Positions 25,747 through 32,000 of a DNA stretch of 32,000 nucleotides are shown here, piece by piece; the first letter of the stretch is position 1, and each line of letters starts with the position of its first letter. The notes under the pieces were generated by a model. The model was not told where the DNA came from, did no database searches, and worked only from the letters and a program-made list of their open reading frames with translations. The stretch lies in the NCBI GenBank assembly GCA_026016245.1, contig CP061211.1, forward strand, positions 510,001-542,000, given 5' to 3'. Origin of the DNA: Candidatus Pacearchaeota archaeon (GTDB lineage Archaea; Nanobdellota; Nanobdellia; Pacearchaeales; UBA284). Both the position numbers and the translations under genes were made by a program.

Positions 25747-26949
25747 ATGGTTGAATTTTATAAGATCAAACAAAAAAGTGGTTTAACAATATTATTTGAA
25801 AAGAGAGATCTGCCTATCGTTGCTATAATGGCTGCTGCAAGAACTGGAGCAGCTTATGAAACTATAAGAAACAAAGGAATTGCACATTTTTTTGAGCATA
25901 TGGTTTTTAAAGGGCCAACAAAAAAAAGAACTACTAAAGAAATAAGTTCAGCAATAGAAAAAGCAGGAGGGATCTTAAATGCTTTTACAGCAGAACAAGT
26001 AACTAATTTTTGGACTAAAATTCCTTCTAAACATTTTGAACTTGGAACAGACGTCATATTTGATATCTTAGAAAATCCAGCATTTACACCTAAAGAATTA
26101 GAAAGAGAAAGGGGGGTAGTTTTATCTGAGATAGATCGCTATCACGATCTACCAGAAGAATACCTGTTTGATAAAATAAAAGAATTCTTGTATGCCAAAC
26201 CTTTTGGTACATCTATTCTTGGACTTAAAGAAACTGTATCTAAACTTAAGAGATCTGACTTGTTAAATTGGCACAAATATTATGATCCCAAAAATATGAT
26301 TATTTGTATTGTTGGAAGTGCAAATTTAAAAGAAATAGATAATATGGCTAAGAAATATTTTGGAAAAAATAAAGGAATTAAAATTCCAGAAGCCAGGATC
26401 AAACTATTAATGAAAAATAAAGAAGTAATAGAGAGAAGACAGGGATTAGATCAAACACATTTTGCTTTAGGATTTCATAGACCTTCACTTTCTAATAAGA
26501 TGAGATATGCTAGTGAAGTTTTTAATGCAATTCTTGGAGAAGGGATGTCTTCTGTTTTATTTCAAGAAGTTAGAGAAAAAAGAGGGTGGGCTTATCTTAT
26601 TCATAGTTATCTTCAAAGGGAAAAGGATTATGGATATTGTACAGTTTATGCTGGTGTAGAAAAGAAAAATATAAAGAAAGTTAAAGAAATAATCCTCAAA
26701 GAAATCAAAGGTATGGCAAAAGCCAAAGCAAGAGATCTAGATGAAGCCAAAGAACAAAAGATAGGTAATTGGCAGTTAAGTCTAGAATCTTGTAATAACA
26801 CTGCAACGAATCTAATTTTCCAAGAAATGGCTACAAAAGCAGAAGATTTTTATGATTATCCTGAAAAAATTTATGATGTTAAGCTTCAAGATATCAAGAA
26901 GCTAGCAAAAATAAAAAATTATTGTAATATGGTTCTTGTTCCAGATTAA
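25747..26949 (+). CDS. M16 family (insulinase/pitrilysin-like) zinc peptidase
   Basis: Inverted zinc motif GIAHFFEHMVFKG, then GGILNAFTAEQVTNFW, VVLSEIDRYHDLPEE. Confidence 0.9.
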   Translation: MVEFYKIKQKSGLTILFEKRDLPIVAIMAAARTGAAYETIRNKGIAHFFEHMVFKGPTKKRTTKEISSAIEKAGGILNAFTAEQVTNFWTKIPSKHFELGTDVIFDILENPAFTPKELERERGVVLSEIDRYHDLPEEYLFDKIKEFLYAKPFGTSILGLKETVSKLKRSDLLNWHKYYDPKNMIICIVGSANLKEIDNMAKKYFGKNKGIKIPEARIKLLMKNKEVIERRQGLDQTHFALGFHRPSLSNKMRYASEVFNAILGEGMSSVLFQEVREKRGWAYLIHSYLQREKDYGYCTVYAGVEKKNIKKVKEIILKEIKGMAKAKARDLDEAKEQKIGNWQLSLESCNNTATNLIFQEMATKAEDFYDYPEKIYDVKLQDIKKLAKIKNYCNMVLVPD

Positions 26950-26952
26950 AAA

Positions 26953-27699
26953 ATGTTGGTTGTTAAGATTCCTGCAATAAATGGCTTAGGTAAGACAGGA
27001 GGATGCGAGAAAGCTCCTAATTTATTATGTAAGGAATTAAATATTTCTTGTGATGAAATTGAAGTTAATAATGATGATATTGAAGAAAATATTAAGATTA
27101 TATCAGAAAAAGCTACTGATTTTTTAAATAAGGATTTTGTTGTTTTTTTAGGAGGAGATCATTCTATATCTTTTCCTTTGGTAAGAGCTTTTAGTTCTTT
27201 AAACAAAAATGTAGGAATTATTATTTTTGATGCTCATGCTGATTGTATGAAACCAATGAAAGAGCCAACACATGAAGAATGGCTAAGAGCTTTAGTTGAG
27301 CAAGGCTTTGATCCCAAAAATATTACTCTTATTGGTCTTAGAAAAGTTGAGCAAGAGGAGATGGATTTTTTGAAAGAAAAGGGAATAAAATGTTTTTTCA
27401 TGAAAGAATTATTTTCTGATTTTAAAGAAACAGTTGATTTGATAATAGAGAAAGCATATAAGTTTGATTCTTTATATTTAAGTATAGATATTGATGTTAT
27501 TGATCCTACTTTTGCTCCTGGAACAGGCTATATTGAACCTGGTGGCTTGTCTAGCAAGGAATTTTTATATATGATTCAAAGACTTGTTTTGCTAAAAAAT
27601 TTAAAGGCTGTTGATTTAGTAGAAATTAATCCAGATAAAGATATAAATAATCTTACTATTAAATTAGGCACTAAAATTATAGAAGAATTGAAAAAATGA
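26953..27699 (+). CDS. Ureohydrolase family protein (agmatinase/arginase-like)
   Basis: FLGGDHSISFPLVRAF, IIIFDAHADCM, LYLSIDIDVIDPTFAPGTGYIEPGGLSSKEF metal-binding motifs. Confidence 0.88.
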   Translation: MLVVKIPAINGLGKTGGCEKAPNLLCKELNISCDEIEVNNDDIEENIKIISEKATDFLNKDFVVFLGGDHSISFPLVRAFSSLNKNVGIIIFDAHADCMKPMKEPTHEEWLRALVEQGFDPKNITLIGLRKVEQEEMDFLKEKGIKCFFMKELFSDFKETVDLIIEKAYKFDSLYLSIDIDVIDPTFAPGTGYIEPGGLSSKEFLYMIQRLVLLKNLKAVDLVEINPDKDINNLTIKLGTKIIEELKK

Positions 27700-28238
27700 G
27701 GTGTTTTATTGCCATAGATATACCCTCTGAGGTCAGGGAAGAATTGGCGAGGGCAGAAGAAGTAATTAGAGGATTTGATAAAAGAGCAAAATTAAAGATA
27801 GTAGAGCCAGAAAATTTACATATTACTATAAAATTCTTAGGTGACTTGACAGATGATCAAGTAAACAAAGCAAAAGAAGTTCTTAGAGAAATTAAATTCG
27901 AGCCATTTAAAGTTAAACTTAATTCTTTTGGTATTTTTCCATCTCTAAATTTTATTCGTGTAGTTTGGGTAGATGTATTACCAAAGGAACAACTTATAGA
28001 ACTGGAGAAGAAAATTGATGATGTTATAAGTGAGAAATTAGGATTTAGAAGAAATAGAAATTTTGAGACACACATCACCTTAGCTAGAGCCAAATATATT
28101 GGGGACAAACAAAAGTTTGTTGAGGGTTTGAAGAATATAACTGTCAGCCCAATTGAATTTGAAATAAAGAATTTTTCTCTTAAAAAATCAACTCTTACAA
28201 GAGAAGGGCCTATTTATGAGGATATTATTAAATTTTAA
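27696..28238 (+). CDS. thpR: RNA 2',3'-cyclic phosphodiesterase
   Basis: Two HxT motifs: ENLHITIKFLGDLTDDQV and FETHITLARAKYI; MRCFIAIDIP start. Confidence 0.9.
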   Translation: MRCFIAIDIPSEVREELARAEEVIRGFDKRAKLKIVEPENLHITIKFLGDLTDDQVNKAKEVLREIKFEPFKVKLNSFGIFPSLNFIRVVWVDVLPKEQLIELEKKIDDVISEKLGFRRNRNFETHITLARAKYIGDKQKFVEGLKNITVSPIEFEIKNFSLKKSTLTREGPIYEDIIKF

Positions 28239-28874
28239 TCACTTTTTCTTATATTTTGCATTAATAATTTTTTTCATTGATTCTACTTTCTTTTTTTGAA
28301 GTTTTACCTTTTCTAGATCTTTTTCTTTTGCGTTAATTACTTTTTTAATTGTTTTAAACTTTCTAAGCAATTTTTTTGCTGTTGCTGGGCCTATACCAGG
28401 AAAGGCCTCAAGAATAAATTGTTGTTGTTCTGCAAGATTGTAGGCTTTTTTCTTTATTATTAGGGATATTTCTTTTGGTTTCTTTTTCTGCTTTTTTTCT
28501 AAAAGGATAAGGAACCCGGCAGTATCTTCATAATTTTTTGTCAAGATTATTGGTATCTGGAAGTCTAACATTATTGATAACATCATTCCACGAATGGCAT
28601 TTGGATTAACTTTTCCAAATTCATATAGGGGAAAATCATCTGTACCTTCTATAATTAAGGCTTGTTGAGGATATTGTTTTAATTCTTCAAGTTGTCTTAA
28701 TAATCTTTTATTTAACATGGAACTAATAAAATCAGATATTGTTTTTCTTTCTATACCTATATTTCCAATAATATAATCAGCCACCTTTAATTGTTGGAGT
28801 TTTATCTGTTGTTTTCTTTCTATAAGTTCAGATAAGACCATAGAATTCTTTTCTCTCTTGTCTATTATTATCAT
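28239..28874 (-). CDS. Stand-alone ERCC4/XPF-type nuclease with helix-hairpin-helix
   Basis: IIIDKREKNS..., GIERKTISDFISSMLNKRLLRQL (ERKT nuclease motif), FPGIGPATAKKLLRKF (HhH). Start at the internal Met. Confidence 0.87.
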   Translation of the reverse strand: MIIIDKREKNSMVLSELIERKQQIKLQQLKVADYIIGNIGIERKTISDFISSMLNKRLLRQLEELKQYPQQALIIEGTDDFPLYEFGKVNPNAIRGMMLSIMLDFQIPIILTKNYEDTAGFLILLEKKQKKKPKEISLIIKKKAYNLAEQQQFILEAFPGIGPATAKKLLRKFKTIKKVINAKEKDLEKVKLQKKKVESMKKIINAKYKKK

Positions 28875-28907
28875 TAATTTTAAAAATAACACTATCTTTT
28901 AATATTT

Positions 28908-29186
28908 ATGTTAGTAAAGATATTAGGTATTTTTGATCTTTTTGTAGCTTTAATTCTTTTTCTGCTTGCTCTTGAAGTTGGTATACCTTTAGTGTTAATT
29001 TTGATAATCATTATATTATTAGCTGTGAAATCCTTGCCATTTATTCTTAGTTTTGATATTGCCAGTATTATTGATCTTTTTGTTGCTATATTCATACTAA
29101 TAAATTTAATTTTTGGGCTGCCTACTATTTTACTTATTATAGCAGCTTTGGCTATTGGGCAGAAAGGTGTATTTAGTTTATTATGA
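28908..29186 (+). CDS. Small multi-pass membrane protein
   Basis: 92 aa, strongly hydrophobic with about 3 TM segments; coupled (4-nt overlap) to the next ORF. Confidence 0.65.
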   Translation: MLVKILGIFDLFVALILFLLALEVGIPLVLILIIIILLAVKSLPFILSFDIASIIDLFVAIFILINLIFGLPTILLIIAALAIGQKGVFSLL

Positions 29187-29473
29187 GTCTTTTAAAAAAA
29201 ATATTAATTTTAGAAGTGGTGTTTTTAGCGGGAAATGTTTTTATTTTACATCAACAAAAACAAAATCATTACCAAATCAAACAAAAAATTAGAGATGCTG
29301 AAGCTGAGAATGATAGCCTACAAAATTATCTAAAGTCTATAAATCCCTATGATAGTTTAATTAATAAAATAAAAAAGCTCTATCAAAACAATGAGTTGTT
29401 TTGGGAATTTTATAAAGAACAGCAAAGACAACAGAAATCGAAGGAATATGAAAAAAGATGTAAGTTTATATAA
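29183..29473 (+). CDS. Small single-TM protein with coiled-coil-like tail
   Basis: MSLLKKILILEVVFLAGNVFIL TM segment, then IKQKIRDAEAENDSLQNYLKSI. Confidence 0.55.
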   Translation: MSLLKKILILEVVFLAGNVFILHQQKQNHYQIKQKIRDAEAENDSLQNYLKSINPYDSLINKIKKLYQNNELFWEFYKEQQRQQKSKEYEKRCKFI

Positions 29474-29474
29474 A

Positions 29475-31568
29475 TTACATAGAACATTCAGAACATGCTA
29501 ATCCACCAGCATAATGAAGTTCAGCTTTTGTGGGTTTCTTTCCTTTTCCAAGATAAAGTACTTGTTGTGGCTTGCTTCCATATCTGTAAATAGTTATCCC
29601 TTTACATTTTAAGTCCCAGGCTAGAAGATAGGATTTCTTAACTTGCTCTATTGATGCTTTTTCTGGGAAATTTATTGTTTTGCTAACTGCATTATCTGTG
29701 TATTTCTGGAATATTGCTTGCATCCTTATATGCCATTCTATTGAAATTTCCAAGGCTGTTATGAATAGTCTTTTCATTTCTTTTGGCAGGTATGTTTTTT
29801 GTATTGAACCTGTGAAGGCTATTTTTTTTATTAGATCATCTGTATAAAGATCTTTTTTGATTGTTTCAATTTTGAAATCATTGTTTATCTCAATAAGTCT
29901 TTTTCCTTCCATGATTTCTCTGACATATACTATTGCAAACAAAGGCTCGATTCCTGAACTACAACCAGCAATAATGCTTATTGAACCAGTTGGGGCTATT
30001 GTTGTTCGTGTCGCATTTCTTAGATATCTGAAATTTTTATATTTGCTTTTTTTGAGATTGGGAAAAGATCCTCTTTTCTTTCCAAGATAAATACTTGCAT
30101 TTCTTGCCTCTATGTTGATGAAAGACATGATTCTTTTTGCAGTCTTTAATGCTTTTTTTGAATTGTAAGGAATCCTTAATTTTATTAACATATCAGCAAA
30201 ACCCATTATCCCTAAACCTATTTTTCTGTTTGCTTTGGTTATCTGTTCTATTTCAGGAAGAGGATATTTGTTTTTTTCTATCACATTGTCTAGAAAATGG
30301 ATTGCTGTGTGGATAACTTTTCTTAGTTTTGTGTAGTTGATTTTTTCCTTCTCAACAAATTTTGACAAATTGATTGAGCCAAGATTACAAGATTCATATG
30401 CAAGCAACGGAAGTTCCCCGCAAGGATTTGTTGCTTCTATTTTATCTAGTTTTGGTGTTGGTTGTTTTCTGTTAATTTCATCAATATATATCATCCCTGG
30501 ATCCCCTGTTTTCCAGGCAGCTTTGTATATTTCGTTAAATAGTTTTTTTGCATCAATTTTTTTTGCTACTTTTCTTGTCCTAGGATTTATTAGATTAAAG
30601 GTTTTGTTTTTTGTAGCGGCATTCATAAAAGAATCTGTTACAGCCACGCTTATGTTAAAGTTACTAAGCTGTCTTTCTTTTCCTTTTGCATGAATAAATT
30701 CTTCTATGTCTGGATGTGTACAATGCAAGACAGCCATATTCGCCCCCCTTCTTTTACCACCTTGTTTTATTACATCTGTTGTCGCATCATAAATTTTGAT
30801 AAAGCTGACTGGTCCTGATGCAACTCCTTTTGTGCTTTTAACTATGTCCCCTTTTGGCCTTAGGTTTGAGAATGAAAAGCCAGTGCCACCTCCAGATTGC
30901 TGTATTTTTGCCATATCTTTAAGTGTTGTGAAAATGCTATCTAAACTGTCTTCTATTGGCAAGACAAAACATGCACTTAACTGTCCAATAGGTGTTCCAG
31001 CATTCATTAAAGTAGGGCTGTTAGGCAGGAATTCCAGATTTTTCATCATTTCTAAAAATTCTTTTTCAGTTTTTTTGGGATTCTGTCTAAATTTTTTGTC
31101 TGCACTTGCAACTGCTTTTGCAATTCTTTTAAACATTTGAGTCGGTGTTTCAATAATCTTGCCTTTATTATCCCTTAACAAATACCTTTCCTCCAAAACT
31201 TTTAATGCATTAGCACTGAATTTCATATCATCTTTAATTTTGAAGAAATTTCTAATTTCTCTTGCAGGATGTCTTGAACGCCTGTAGAGAGAATAGACTT
31301 TGAAAAGCCTTTCATTGTACTTTTCTAAAACTTCTTCTACTATCTCTTGTATCTGTTCAACTGTTGGTGTTTTTCTTTCCCATTTATTTATTCTTTCATT
31401 AAGCAAGAAAATAACATCAAAGGTAATTCTTCTAGCAGCTCTTTTGTTATCAAGGTCAAAAACTTTCATTGCTTTTATGATAGCATTAGTAATTTTTTTT
31501 GAATTGAAAGACACTATAGAACCGTCTCTTTTTCTTATTTTCTTGATTCTATTTTTCCTCTTTTTCAT
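29475..31568 (-). CDS. nrdJ: Adenosylcobalamin-dependent (class II) ribonucleotide reductase
   Basis: ATP-cone KKIRKRDGSIVSFNSKKITNAI, PNSPTLMNAGTPIGQLSACFVLPIEDS, NPCGELPLLAYESCNLGSINL, C-terminal CSECSM. Start refined from 31610 to an internal Met. Confidence 0.88.
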   Translation of the reverse strand: MKKRKNRIKKIRKRDGSIVSFNSKKITNAIIKAMKVFDLDNKRAARRITFDVIFLLNERINKWERKTPTVEQIQEIVEEVLEKYNERLFKVYSLYRRSRHPAREIRNFFKIKDDMKFSANALKVLEERYLLRDNKGKIIETPTQMFKRIAKAVASADKKFRQNPKKTEKEFLEMMKNLEFLPNSPTLMNAGTPIGQLSACFVLPIEDSLDSIFTTLKDMAKIQQSGGGTGFSFSNLRPKGDIVKSTKGVASGPVSFIKIYDATTDVIKQGGKRRGANMAVLHCTHPDIEEFIHAKGKERQLSNFNISVAVTDSFMNAATKNKTFNLINPRTRKVAKKIDAKKLFNEIYKAAWKTGDPGMIYIDEINRKQPTPKLDKIEATNPCGELPLLAYESCNLGSINLSKFVEKEKINYTKLRKVIHTAIHFLDNVIEKNKYPLPEIEQITKANRKIGLGIMGFADMLIKLRIPYNSKKALKTAKRIMSFINIEARNASIYLGKKRGSFPNLKKSKYKNFRYLRNATRTTIAPTGSISIIAGCSSGIEPLFAIVYVREIMEGKRLIEINNDFKIETIKKDLYTDDLIKKIAFTGSIQKTYLPKEMKRLFITALEISIEWHIRMQAIFQKYTDNAVSKTINFPEKASIEQVKKSYLLAWDLKCKGITIYRYGSKPQQVLYLGKGKKPTKAELHYAGGLACSECSM

Positions 31569-31674
31569 GTTTAAGAAAAGGTATTTGATTTTAAAAGCCT
31601 TTTCTATCACATACTTTCTTTTATATTTTTTAAATTATAATGATACTTATAAATCTGATAAATTTCTATAGAGA

Positions 31675-32000
31675 ATGAAAAGGCCTGAAAAAGATATTTA
31701 CTATTTGGGTATTGCGAGGCAGATAGCTAGAAGAGGAACTTGCCTGAGAAGAAGGATTGGGGCTATAATTGTTAAAAATGATGCTGTTATTTCTAGTGGC
31801 TATGCTGGGGCTCCTAGAGGAACCCCAAATTGCATAGACTTGAAAGAGTGTGTAAGAGATAAATTAAATATAAAAAGGGGGCAGAGATATGAATTATGCA
31901 GAAGTGTTCATGCTGAAGCAAACACGATAATAAATGCTGCAAGAACTGGAGCTAATATTCTTGGAGGTATGATGTATCTTTTTATGGAACACCCTGATGG
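31675..32000 (+). CDS. Deoxycytidylate (dCMP) deaminase, 3' end outside the window
   Basis: Manual translation MKRPEKDIYYLGIARQIARRGTCLRRRIGAIIVKNDAVISSGYAGAPRGTPNC...CRSVHAEANTIINAARTG; HAE zinc motif. Confidence 0.88.
   Translation, partial: MKRPEKDIYYLGIARQIARRGTCLRRRIGAIIVKNDAVISSGYAGAPRGTPNCIDLKECVRDKLNIKRGQRYELCRSVHAEANTIINAARTGANILGGMMYLFMEHPD

Noticed and set aside
30337-31671. Plus-strand ORFs 29857-30090, 30337-30693, 30796-31140 and 31300-31671
   Set aside because: Antisense to nrdJ; the last also overlaps the dCMP deaminase start region.

Overview
This AT-rich window is a gene-dense chromosomal segment from an archaeon, probably of the DPANN/Woese-Pacearchaeota type (inferred from gene content; no database was searched). 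From left to right it carries: two small putative wHTH proteins; a Tat-signal protein; a PP-loop ATPase; an Lhr-type helicase; a minus-strand operon (ROK kinase, cupin G6P isomerase, PHI, HPS, RpiB, PRPP synthetase, TreT-like glycosyltransferase) that looks like a sugar-to-PRPP route; a scrambled interval with partial copies of the lhr 3' end and of a metallophosphoesterase 5' end; a tRNA-Ser(CGA); a PRC-barrel protein; a likely replication origin (three ORB-like boxes around a 76-nt A/T-only tract) followed by orc1/cdc6 and both PolD subunits; a TctA-like membrane protein with an OB-fold protein; TyrRS; Dph6-like protein; M16 peptidase; ureohydrolase; ThpR; an ERCC4 nuclease; class II ribonucleotide reductase; and dCMP deaminase (partial). 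I saw no CRISPR array, transposase or recognisable defence locus. The most unusual signal is at 11.1-12.4 kb: repeated debris of the lhr/phosphoesterase junction, including a 111-bp exact copy of lhr that abruptly becomes diverged homologous sequence, with minus-strand units lying between the fragments. It may be a genuine recombination/cassette hotspot or a strain-mixing assembly artefact, and this must be tested. I do not claim a proven new biological system.
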